Positions 27,691 through 36,071 of a stretch of DNA of 64,000 nucleotides are shown in pieces. This DNA comes from a virus. Location: positions 1-64,000 of IMG/VR virus record IMGVR_UViG_3300050821_008607; one strand, written 5' to 3'. The translations under genes and the position numbers were made by a program. A model generated the notes under the pieces. The model was not told the DNA's origin and did no database searches. It saw only the letters and a program-made list of their open reading frames with translations. Position 1 is the first letter of the stretch, and the number at the start of each line of letters is the position of its first letter.

Positions 27691-27991
27691 GAGTCCACAG
27701 AGTCCACGTGGAGTCCACAATGCCCCCGCTGAACCCCAGTCAACTCCTGCCAACTACTACTGTAGAAGTAGTAGATGGCGGGAAGTCCGAGGTGAGCGGC
27801 AATCAGGCTCCCACCTCGGGCAACATCATCACGGGGTGTCAGTCCGCGCATGTTCGGGCGGAGAAGATGGCGGTCTTGAACTGTAGAAGGATCAGCCGGG
27901 CGACTTGACGGCAGGTCAGAGGCCATTCTTCCCACGCGGCGGGTGCCCCTGGGGTGGCCGGATTGAAGATCGGAGTCCACTTGGAGTCCAC
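27691..27991. promoter_or_regulatory. Putative attP with arm-type integrase sites
   Basis: GAGTCCAC at 27691, 27700, 27711 and at 27973, 27984, flanking about 250 bp of non-coding DNA right after int. Confidence 0.8.
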
Positions 27992-28159
27992 AAAGTCGCG
28001 TCACCCATTCGGGTCACAGCTTGATCGAACGCTGGACGGACCCTGGTTGCACCTGGAAACTAGATGCATGGGGAGGCGTCCTGCGGGGCGCCTGATACGC
28101 GTCCTCTCCCATGGCCCCGTGCGGGGCTGGCCCTCGGGCCGCGGAGAGCCCACATGGGG

Positions 28160-28194
28160 AACGCCCCCGCCGAGTATGTCGGCGGGGGCGTTTT
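28160..28194 (+). terminator. Intrinsic terminator
   Basis: AACGCCCCCGCCGA-GTATG-TCGGCGGGGGCGTT-TT. Confidence 0.8.
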
Positions 28195-28525
28195 GCGTTC
28201 TGCGCAAACGATAAGCCGCCCCCGGCCCGGGTGGGGGCGAGGGCGGCAGTCCCGGCATATGCCAGCCGGAGCAGGTAGGCGGATACGCGTACACCAACCG
28301 TGCCCCGGTGCGACCGCTTGATCAGGGCGGGAGCCGGGGTAGCGCTCTGCCGAGGCTGGGGAGCCGTAGCCGGCAGAGCGCCGCTGAGGGATGCCGCGGT
28401 GGGGCGGCATGGGTGGAGCTGGTGCCGTCGGCTGCGGCTGGGGGAGACGCGAGGCGGGGTCTGGGCCTCTAGCGCTCCCGCCGCGGGGAAACCGGCGGGT
28501 CTGGGGTGGGGCTTAGCGGGCTAAT

Positions 28526-28541
28526 TCGAACATGCGCGCGA
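28526..28541 (-). promoter_or_regulatory. LexA (SOS) box at a leftward promoter
   Basis: TCGAAC-ATGC-GCGCGA; TACGCT -10-like hexamer adjacent on minus strand. Confidence 0.55.
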
Positions 28542-28631
28542 GCGTATCGGATATAGGTGCACTCTGCACAGACCTCATGATCACAAATTGACCGATCTAC
28601 GCTGCATGCAACACTCCAAGATCCATCCACT

Positions 28632-28955
28632 GTGGGCCGGGTGCCCCAGGTAGAACCACCCGACGACCGAACCCTGCGCCGGCGACGCGAACTCGGTGAT
28701 CGTGTCCGCAGTCTGCGGCTCTGGCGGAACCTGGCGCAAGACCGCACCGCGCACGCCGCAGGCATGTCCCGCAGCACCCTCCAGCGCGTCGAGTACGGCC
28801 AGACCGCCCTGTCCGTGGACAGACTCTGGGCCATCGCCGACATACTCCGCGTGCCCGTGACCTGGCTGCTTACTGACGACTGGTCTCACTCTGGCGAGGC
28901 TGGCGCGGGCGATGAAGACCCCCCGCCACCTCCCGCCACCCCGCGCCACCGTTAA
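28632..28955 (+). CDS. XRE HTH regulator
   Basis: GDRVRSLRLWRNLAQDRTAHAAGMSRSTLQRVEYG...IADILRVPVTWL. Confidence 0.85.
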   Translation: MGRVPQVEPPDDRTLRRRRELGDRVRSLRLWRNLAQDRTAHAAGMSRSTLQRVEYGQTALSVDRLWAIADILRVPVTWLLTDDWSHSGEAGAGDEDPPPPPATPRHR

Positions 28956-29050
28956 GGCCGCGCAAGGATCGATGCACGGCGCGCACGCACGTCGTGCACG
29001 CTGCGGTACGCGCTCCCCGAATGCGCCCCCGCGCGCCCCCTGTGCGGCCG

Positions 29051-29251
29051 TCACCCGGAGTACGTCCGCGGCCGGTCGGCAGACGCGGGCTTCCGCAGCC
29101 CGACGTGCTCCGGGTGCCGCACGATCACCGCGCCGGGCCCCGACTCGCTGTGAACGACCGTGACCACGACGCCCTCCCGCAGCCACTCGCCGCAGTATGA
29201 GCAGTAACCCGCCGCAGTCGGGAACCCGGGCACCTCCGCCTGCTCGCTCAT
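29051..29251 (-). CDS. Small zinc-binding hypothetical protein
   Basis: GYCSYC...V.SESGPG...H.EH; ATGA overlap. Confidence 0.65.
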   Translation of the reverse strand: MSEQAEVPGFPTAAGYCSYCGEWLREGVVVTVVHSESGPGAVIVRHPEHVGLRKPASADRPRTYSG

Positions 29252-29436
29252 GACGCCACGACCGGCCGGACGACGACCTTCTTCGCCGCGGCGTGGGCCT
29301 CGTCGAGGGTGCCGTAGGCGAAGGGCCGCCCGTAGAGGCCGCATACCGGCTCGCCCCCGATGTAGTTCCGCCAGGCACCCAGCTCCTTGTCCCACACGGA
29401 CTCAACGGGAGGTGGCGCGGTCGTGGTCTCGCTCAT
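29248..29436 (-). CDS. Small hypothetical protein
   Basis: MSETTTAPP...; ATGA overlap. Confidence 0.6.
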   Translation of the reverse strand: MSETTTAPPPVESVWDKELGAWRNYIGGEPVCGLYGRPFAYGTLDEAHAAAKKVVVRPVVAS

Positions 29437-29627
29437 GACTGGTCCTCGCACTTCGGTGTGCAGGCAACGACGGCCCACGGCAGCCGGCCGCCTTCGCTGC
29501 TGCGGGTGTAGGCGTAGCCGGCGCGGACGAACGGGCCCGCCGTGCTGCCGCAGTCGATGCACGCCTTGCCGTCTTTCTGGGCGCGGGTGGGCGTGTGCTG
29601 CTCGCGCTCCGGCGTCGTGGTTTCCAC
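29433..29627 (-). CDS. Small zinc-binding hypothetical protein
   Basis: Q..G.ACIDCG...AG......W.V.AC..C. Confidence 0.65.
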   Translation of the reverse strand: METTTPEREQHTPTRAQKDGKACIDCGSTAGPFVRAGYAYTRSSEGGRLPWAVVACTPKCEDQS

Positions 29628-29789
29628 TGGTCAACTCCCTGAACCTGTCGATGGATCAACCTTCGACAGGTTCGGCGGCCAGCAACAGCGTGCGAAGCAC
29701 CCGGGGTGCAGTACTCGTTTCACACACCGTGTGAATCCGGTTCCGCTACCGTCATTGCACAGACAGTGACCTGACGGGACGGCAGCACC

Positions 29790-31124
29790 ATGGAGCCCAA
29801 CACCCTGCTCGACGCACTCCTCGACGAGGCAGGCATGTCCCACGCCGGACTCGCCGCCCGCGTCAACACCGCCGGAGCCGGACTGCCGAAACCACTCCGC
29901 TACGACCACACCGCCGTCGGGCGCTGGATCAAAGGCGAACGCCCCCGCGGACGCGTCCCCGACCTCATCTGCGACGCCCTCAGCGAACGCCTCCACCGGC
30001 CACTCAGCCACGACGACATCGGCATGGGCAAACCCGGCGTCGCACCCGCACCCACCGCCCTGACCGGATTCGTCGACCGCGCCACCGCCCTGTGGCGATC
30101 CGACCAGCAACAGCGCCCCGACGTCCAGGCCGCGCCCGCCATCGTCGGCACCGCCGCCGTCATGCCCGTCTGGGAATGGGAGAACCCGCCCGAAGACAAG
30201 GACGTCTCCCGCCCCGGCACACCCAAAGTCGGCGGCACCGACGTCGACATGCTCCGCGCCGCCCGCACCCGCTACGAATCCATGTACCGCTCCGCCGGCG
30301 GCATCGCCACCCGCGCCCGCATCGTCGGATTCCTCACCGGCCAGACCGCCCCGCTCCTGCGCGGCTCCTACAACGACACCGTCGGCCGACAGCTCTACCG
30401 CGCCTCCGGCGGCCTGGTCGCCGTCGCCGGGATCTGCGCCTACGACTCCGACGCCCAGGGCCTCGCGCAGCGCTACTTCCACCACGCCCTGCGCCTGGCC
30501 AAAGCCTCCGGCGACCGGGCGTTCGGCGGCTACGTCATCGCGCTGCTCGTCAACCAGGCCATCTACCTCAAGGACTACCGGCAGGCCGTCGCGTTCGCCG
30601 AGGCCGGGCTGCGCGCCGCCGGGGACCTCATCTCGCCCGCGCTGGCCACCGACCTCAACGCCATGCAGGCCAAAGCGTTTGCGCGCCTCGGCGACATCAG
30701 CGCCGCACACAAGGCCATGGGGCGCGCCGAGGCCGCCGCCGCCCGCATCCGCCGCGCCGAGGAACCACCCGAGACCGGATACGTGCAGCCCGGACTCGTC
30801 GAAGCCCAGCTCGCCGAGGCCCTCATCAGCCTGGAGGACTGGAGCCCCGCCCGAGCGTTCGCCGAAGAGGCCGTCCGCACCCAGGCCCACGCCCGCGGAC
30901 GCGTCCACCGCCTCGCCACCCTCACCACCGTCGACCTGGGCCGCGGCGAACCCGAACAGGCCGCCGCCAACGCGCTGGCCGCCCTCGACCTCGCCGCAGG
31001 CATGGAGTCCCAGCGCCTCCGGGACCGGTTCGTCACCCTGCGCGTCAAGCTCGCCGGCCACGGCTCGGCCGCCGCCCGGGACGCGGTGGAGCAGATCGAC
31101 GCGTCCCTCTCGGTTCCCCTGTAG
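29790..31124 (+). CDS. Streptomyces-type HTH + TPR-like regulator
   Basis: PN.LL..LL.EAG.S..GLA.RVN...YDHTAV.RW..G..PR N-terminus; YDS...GLAQRYF..ALRLA helical repeats. Confidence 0.85.
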   Translation: MEPNTLLDALLDEAGMSHAGLAARVNTAGAGLPKPLRYDHTAVGRWIKGERPRGRVPDLICDALSERLHRPLSHDDIGMGKPGVAPAPTALTGFVDRATALWRSDQQQRPDVQAAPAIVGTAAVMPVWEWENPPEDKDVSRPGTPKVGGTDVDMLRAARTRYESMYRSAGGIATRARIVGFLTGQTAPLLRGSYNDTVGRQLYRASGGLVAVAGICAYDSDAQGLAQRYFHHALRLAKASGDRAFGGYVIALLVNQAIYLKDYRQAVAFAEAGLRAAGDLISPALATDLNAMQAKAFARLGDISAAHKAMGRAEAAAARIRRAEEPPETGYVQPGLVEAQLAEALISLEDWSPARAFAEEAVRTQAHARGRVHRLATLTTVDLGRGEPEQAAANALAALDLAAGMESQRLRDRFVTLRVKLAGHGSAAARDAVEQIDASLSVPL

Positions 31125-31177
31125 TCGGCTGCGGTAGCGTCGCCCCCGTCATCAGGGCGAGCAGAGCGGGGACGGGC

Positions 31178-31729
31178 GTGTCGGATTCATCGGTGTGGAA
31201 GAACCTCGGCGAGCACACGGTGTACGAGAATCCGTGGCTGCGGATCAACCTCGCCGACGTCGAACTGCCCGACGGCCGTCACCTGGACCACTACCTGATG
31301 CGGCTGCGCCCCGTCGCCCTGTGCACCGCGGTCAACGCCGACGACGAGGTGCTGCTGCTGTGGCGGCACCGCTTCATCACCGACACCTGGGGCTGGGAAC
31401 TCGCCGCGGGCGTCGTCGAGGACGGGGAGTCCCTGGAGGCTGCGGCGGCGCGGGAGATGCTGGAGGAGACCGGCTGGCGGCCGGGCCCGCTCAAGCACCT
31501 GCTGACCGTGGAGCCGTCGAACGGGCTCTCCGACGCGCTGCACCACGTCTACTGGTCGGAGACGGCCGAGTACGTGGGGCATCCGGAGGATGACTTCGAG
31601 TCGGAGCGGCGGGAGTGGGTGCCGCTGTCGCTGGTGCCGGAGCTAGTCGCGAAGGGCTCGGTACGGTCGGCGAACGCCGTGGCGGCACTGCTGATGCTGC
31701 ACCAGATGCGGCGCCGACCGGTCGGCTGA
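31178..31729 (+). CDS. NUDIX hydrolase (ADP-ribose pyrophosphatase-like)
   Basis: Nudix box GVVEDGESLEAAAAREMLEETGW; VYENPWL...DVELPDG. Confidence 0.92.
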   Translation: MSDSSVWKNLGEHTVYENPWLRINLADVELPDGRHLDHYLMRLRPVALCTAVNADDEVLLLWRHRFITDTWGWELAAGVVEDGESLEAAAAREMLEETGWRPGPLKHLLTVEPSNGLSDALHHVYWSETAEYVGHPEDDFESERREWVPLSLVPELVAKGSVRSANAVAALLMLHQMRRRPVG

Positions 31730-31748
31730 GCCGTCCCGACCTGGGACA

Positions 31749-31949
31749 ATGGATCACGTGCACCACACTCCTCCCCATGCTCCGGCCTGCCGCTGCCCGT
31801 CCTGCATCAACGAGGCCATACGGCGACTGGCCGCCAGCGTGGTGGAGTGGACGCCGCAGGCCCAAGCGGAACTGGACGTGCTGTACCGGCGCTGGCAGGC
31901 GGCACGGGAGGTCGCGGACGCTGACGAGGACGAACCCGCTGCGGCGTGA
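31749..31949 (+). CDS. Small hypothetical protein
   Basis: INEAIRRL...W......EL..LY.RW.AA pattern common in Streptomyces mobile elements. Confidence 0.65.
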   Translation: MDHVHHTPPHAPACRCPSCINEAIRRLAASVVEWTPQAQAELDVLYRRWQAAREVADADEDEPAAA

Positions 31950-31969
31950 GGCATCATGGACACAGCAAA

Positions 31970-32002
31970 CCGCCCGGCCCCGACTGCTACGGGGCCGGGC
32001 GG
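31970..32002. terminator. Bidirectional hairpin terminator
   Basis: CCGCCCGGCCCCG-N7-CGGGGCCGGGCGG between convergent genes. Confidence 0.7.
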
Positions 32003-32010
32003 AACAGCTA

Positions 32011-32175
32011 CTACAGGGCCAGCATCAACCCGCCGGCCACGACCTTGGCGACCTCGATCTGACCCGCCGACCAGCCGCGTTTCCGCGCCAGCTCGGTGAT
32101 CTCCGCGTTGAACAGCCAGTGGATCGCATGCGCCACCAGATAGGCCAACAGGACCTGCTGAGTCTTCTTCGACAC
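32011..32175 (-). CDS. 54-aa hydrophobic peptide
   Basis: MSKKTQQVLLAYLVAHAIHWLF...VVAGGLMLAL; strong GGAGGTGA/GAGAG RBS. Confidence 0.6.
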   Translation of the reverse strand: MSKKTQQVLLAYLVAHAIHWLFNAEITELARKRGWSAGQIEVAKVVAGGLMLAL

Positions 32176-32268
32176 CTCTCTCACCTCCCTCCACGTCGGG
32201 TGCCGGGCAGTCTCGCAGCCGGCACTGACAATCCGGCCGCCCTCCACATAGGGGAGCGGCCCGGTCGA

Positions 32269-32847
32269 TCAGGTGGCGATGAGCAACTGGACGACTTCGG
32301 CGATGTCGTCCGGCGCCATGTGCTTCAGCAGGGTGGCGGCGACCGCCTCGGGCCGACTGATGGGGATGCTGACGGTCTTCGGCCGGAAGCCGGCCCGGAC
32401 CATGGCGGCGTGCGCGGACAGGCTGCCGGCGAGGACTTCGGCGTGGAGCTCGGGCGCGTCCTTGCGGAGGCGACGGAGGGCGGCCGTCTGGCTGGTGCCC
32501 GTCGGCCTGGCAACCTCGTTGATGTTATCAACGAGGTCGGTGCGCCGTCCCTGGCGCTCCGTCAGCACCCGGTCAAGGAGATCGACCGCCTCGGGATCGC
32601 CCGACACCACACGCTTGACCAGGTCGAGCGTTGCACCTAGGCCCTTCAGTGGCGGCCGGACCACGAAGTCCTCGAACCGCTCGTGCTGCACCAGCTCGCC
32701 GCGCTGCGTCGTGAACTCCCGCCACGACCCCTCCGCCAGCACCCGCTTCAGCAGCGCCGGCACGGTCTTCAGGCCGTGGTCACCACTACGCAGCGCCGAC
32801 CCGAGCGCGTCGACCAGGGTCGCGTTGACCTTCAACTGATCCTTCAC
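32269..32847 (-). CDS. Hypothetical partner protein of the helicase
   Basis: GTGA overlap with helicase stop; QGRRTDL...LRRLRKDAPEL..V..G.LSAHAAM..AGFR HTH-like C-terminus. Confidence 0.8.
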   Translation of the reverse strand: MKDQLKVNATLVDALGSALRSGDHGLKTVPALLKRVLAEGSWREFTTQRGELVQHERFEDFVVRPPLKGLGATLDLVKRVVSGDPEAVDLLDRVLTERQGRRTDLVDNINEVARPTGTSQTAALRRLRKDAPELHAEVLAGSLSAHAAMVRAGFRPKTVSIPISRPEAVAATLLKHMAPDDIAEVVQLLIAT

Positions 32848-34880
32848 GCGAGGTCACCCAGCCACTCCAGCAGGGTGCGGCGAATCCCCTCCAGCTGCTC
32901 CACCGTCGCCTTCTTTCGCGCCGGATGCCCGAACCGAAGCAGGTCCCCGTTGATCTCCTTCGGCGTGCGCCCGGCCTTGTAGGCCGCGCGCCGGGCCAGC
33001 AGCTCCACCTCCTGGCGCAGCATCTTCTCCCGGCGGAACCGCGGCTCCTCCACCGGATCCGGCACCACCACAGACGGCGATCCACCCGCGCGCTGCTGCC
33101 GCAGCAGCGGGACCAGGTTCAGGGCGAAACGCGTCGGGATCCCCAGACTGCGGCACTTCGCCTCCGCCTCCGCAAGTTCCTCCGGGGAGCACTCGTCGCC
33201 GCCGAGGATCGCCCGGTCGAACACCGGCGCCGACGCCGACAGGGCCGTACGGAAGTCGAACTCGCCCTGGCCGTCGCCGTCCTGCTCGGCGCGGGCCTTC
33301 TCCTCCTTCTCGGCCTCCAGCTCCAGCTGGTGCCGCAGTTCCTCCTCGATCTCGCGGGAGTGCCGCAGCAGCTCCGGGACCGCGGGGAGCAGCAGGCGGG
33401 CGTTGAACTCCTCGTCCGGGCGGGTGCGCACGAAGCGCCCGACGACCTGCCGGAAGAACAGCGGCGTCTGCGTCTTCGACGCGTACACCCCCACGGCCAG
33501 GCGCGGGATGTCCACGCCCTCGCTGATCATCTTCACGGCGACGATCCACCGGCCGGTGCCCTCGCGGAACTGCTGGATCGTGCTCTTCGCGACCTCGCCC
33601 GCCGGGTCCGTCTTCGGGTCCGACACCACCACCGGCGGCCGGGTCCCCGTCATCTGCTCGATGAGGGCCGCGTACCCGTGCGCGTGCCACTGCCGCTCGC
33701 ACACCACCAGGCCGGCAGCGTCCGGGACATCGGCGCGCAGCTCCTCCAGCATCGCGTCGGCGTGCTGAAGCATCGCGGGCATCCACTGGTACTTCGGCTC
33801 ATACACCACGTCCAGCGCGGCGGAGACGTCCTCCTCCGCCATGTGGCCGCCGAGCTTCGCCGTGAACTCCACGTTCACACCCGAGTCGCCGGTGCGGTAC
33901 TCGCGCTTGCCGCGGGACGGGTCGATCCAGCGGGCCTCGCCGTCGTAGGCGTGGAACTCGATGCGTCGGCACACTCCGTCCGCGACCGCAGCGCCGTACT
34001 CGTAGGCGTAGTCGACGACGACAGTGCCCTCGTCGTTGTACTCGACGAACGGGATCGGCGACGCCGCGTCCCGCCTCCACGGCGTACCGGTCAGCGAGAG
34101 CCGGTACGTGGCGTTCTCCACGGCCGTGCGCAGCGACTCGCCCCACGAGCGGTTGTCCCCGGCATGGTGCACCTCGTCGAGGATGACCAGGGTCGAGCGC
34201 CTGGTCACCGTTCGGATGGCGTCGGCCCCTTTGTTGTCCAGCAACTGCTGGTAGGTGACGACGCATCCGACGTACCCGGCTTTGTCGTAGTCGGCCTTGT
34301 CGGACACGGGCTTGAGCTGCAGCCCGGACTTGCCAGCGGCCACGGCCCACTGGCTGCGCAGGGCGTCGGTCGGGACAACGACGACTACCCGGTCGACGAG
34401 GCCCTGGCCCAGGAGGCCCTGAGCAATGCTGATCGCGTAGTGCGTCTTGCCGGCGCCCGGGGTGGCGCTGACGAGGAAGTCCGTCTTGGTGTTGGCGTAG
34501 AACGCCTCGGTGGCGCGCTGCTGCCAGACGCGGAGACCGTCCGCCATGGTGGAGCCCTTCGTAAGGTTGCAAGAAGGGCAGAGCGCCTGCCCGTTGGTCA
34601 TGTCGGTGGGGCCGCCGGCCACGTAGGGGATCCTGTGGTCGGCGTGCCAGCCGCCGGCGAGGGGCGTACCGCAGTTGCGGCAGTGGCCGTCCGCGTCGAG
34701 GTAGAGGGCTATTCGCTCGGTCGCGTTGAACCGGCGGCGCTGGGGGGATCCGGGCTGACCGGATGGCGAGACGCGCCTGTTCGGTTCGAACGGGAACAGG
34801 CTAGGGTCGGGCTTGTCCAAGGATGTGCATCCTTCGGGCCATGCCTCCGGCGGACGGGAATCCGCGCGGGGGCGTCGCAT
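32844..34880 (-). CDS. HNH endonuclease-SF2 (DEAH-like) helicase fusion; start uncertain
   Basis: HCRNC..WHADH.IP...GG.T...NGQALCPSCN..KG, then ATPGAGKT, LDEVHH, LTGTP, ISEGVDIP, QVVGRFVR. Confidence 0.9.
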   Translation of the reverse strand: MRRPRADSRPPEAWPEGCTSLDKPDPSLFPFEPNRRVSPSGQPGSPQRRRFNATERIALYLDADGHCRNCGTPLAGGWHADHRIPYVAGGPTDMTNGQALCPSCNLTKGSTMADGLRVWQQRATEAFYANTKTDFLVSATPGAGKTHYAISIAQGLLGQGLVDRVVVVVPTDALRSQWAVAAGKSGLQLKPVSDKADYDKAGYVGCVVTYQQLLDNKGADAIRTVTRRSTLVILDEVHHAGDNRSWGESLRTAVENATYRLSLTGTPWRRDAASPIPFVEYNDEGTVVVDYAYEYGAAVADGVCRRIEFHAYDGEARWIDPSRGKREYRTGDSGVNVEFTAKLGGHMAEEDVSAALDVVYEPKYQWMPAMLQHADAMLEELRADVPDAAGLVVCERQWHAHGYAALIEQMTGTRPPVVVSDPKTDPAGEVAKSTIQQFREGTGRWIVAVKMISEGVDIPRLAVGVYASKTQTPLFFRQVVGRFVRTRPDEEFNARLLLPAVPELLRHSREIEEELRHQLELEAEKEEKARAEQDGDGQGEFDFRTALSASAPVFDRAILGGDECSPEELAEAEAKCRSLGIPTRFALNLVPLLRQQRAGGSPSVVVPDPVEEPRFRREKMLRQEVELLARRAAYKAGRTPKEINGDLLRFGHPARKKATVEQLEGIRRTLLEWLGDLA

Positions 34881-35048
34881 TGCCGACCGTCAGACAGGCG
34901 GTCGATGTGAAAATCCTACGCCTACAGTCGGTCACTTTGTTACCAGCAGACGCAGCGTCAGCAACAAGGTCGCGCAGGCGAATCCGCACCGTAGGGGCAC
35001 CACTGGCCAGGGTGACACCCAAATCCCTTGCTGACACTGCGTGAACGC

Positions 35049-35089
35049 AAAACAGCGCCCCCGCCCGGCCGAAGCCAGACGGGGGCGCT
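35049..35089 (-). terminator. Intrinsic terminator ending the late transcript
   Basis: AGCGCCCCCGTCTGGC-TTCG-GCCGGGCGGGGGCGCT-GTTTT on minus strand. Confidence 0.78.
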
Positions 35090-35213
35090 CAGTGGTCGGG
35101 GCAACAGGGTCCAGCTTCCGGGCTGCTGGCGCCCGCCGGTGCGCCGCCGTGGCGGTCGGACCGGTCCATCCCTCCCCTGGACGTCGCCCCTGATGGGAAG
35201 TCTCGGGAACAGG

Positions 35214-36062
35214 CTACTTCCCGGCGACCAGGGACTCGTACTGCGCCTTCGAGATCGTCACCGGACCCGTCACGCCAGCAGCCTTGAACGCCGCCAGGTC
35301 CGCCTCCGTCGCGATGTGCGACAGCCTGCCGTCCGCGAGCAGGAAGTCGCCCGGCCAGTTCGGGTCCGGCATCTCCTTGCGGTTCACACTGACGATGATC
35401 ATGTCGATCTCCTTCGGGACAACCGGCACAGGAACCGGCGTAGGAACAGGCTTCGGGGTCGGGGCAGGCGGGGGCTTCGGCTGGAACGACAGCGCCCAGT
35501 CCCGCAGCGCCGCCGTGCTGGGCAGATGGCAGAAGTCGCGGTCCACCGACGCCGCCGAGTACTGGTGGAACAGCCACGGCGCGGTGATCCCCGGCTGCCC
35601 GGCCGGAAGACCGGCGGTGGCGATCCACAGGAAGTCGCCGAAGTAGCCAGTCTTGTCGACGTTCCGCCAGTAGTCGACGTTGCAGTACATCCCCACCGGG
35701 TTGTGCGGCAGCTTGCCCTTGACGTACTGCAGGAACGCGTCCTTGTAGGCGGCCTGCTGGGACTTCGACACGCCCGCGTTCGCCGAGTCGTAGCCCTCCC
35801 AGTCCAGGCACACCAGGTCGCCCGGCTTCCACGCCACCTGCGAGAGGAAGTGATCCGCCTCCGCCGAGACGGAGTTGCCCATGTGCGGGTAGTGGTAGCC
35901 GCCCCACACCAGGCCGTTGGCCTTCGCGTGGTCCCGCTGCGACTGCCACTCCGGGTTCGTGTAACCCGTCCCCTCAGTGACCTTCACGAACGCGAACGAC
36001 AAGCCCGTAGTGTCCGGGGTCGCCGACTGGTACGACGCCCAGTCCTGGCCGAAGATGCCCAT
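35214..36062 (-). CDS. Endolysin, GH25 muramidase
   Basis: G.DWASYQ, FAFVKVTEG..Y.NP, GGYHY, LDWE, LWIA, W.FHQY, DRD. Confidence 0.9.
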   Translation of the reverse strand: MGIFGQDWASYQSATPDTTGLSFAFVKVTEGTGYTNPEWQSQRDHAKANGLVWGGYHYPHMGNSVSAEADHFLSQVAWKPGDLVCLDWEGYDSANAGVSKSQQAAYKDAFLQYVKGKLPHNPVGMYCNVDYWRNVDKTGYFGDFLWIATAGLPAGQPGITAPWLFHQYSAASVDRDFCHLPSTAALRDWALSFQPKPPPAPTPKPVPTPVPVPVVPKEIDMIIVSVNRKEMPDPNWPGDFLLADGRLSHIATEADLAAFKAAGVTGPVTISKAQYESLVAGK

Positions 36063-36071
36063 CCGAACCTC

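Noticed and set aside
27691-27991. GAGTCCAC repeats or the 12855 repeats as a CRISPR array
   Set aside because: Too short, no regular spacers and no cas genes; better explained as integrase arm sites and iterons
28001-28524. ORFs 28001-28297, 28060-28410, 28064-28321 and 28300-28524 as proteins
   Set aside because: Low-complexity Pro/Arg/Gly translations, poor codon bias, and several cross a terminator
30092-31177. 545-aa ORF suggesting a long N-terminal extension on the NUDIX
   Set aside because: The extension is an Arg/Pro-rich alternate frame over the regulator gene; the credible start is GTG 31178
35089-35169. 26-aa ORF with an RBS-like sequence after the endolysin
   Set aside because: No hydrophobic segment or motif, so it cannot be supported as a holin or functional gene
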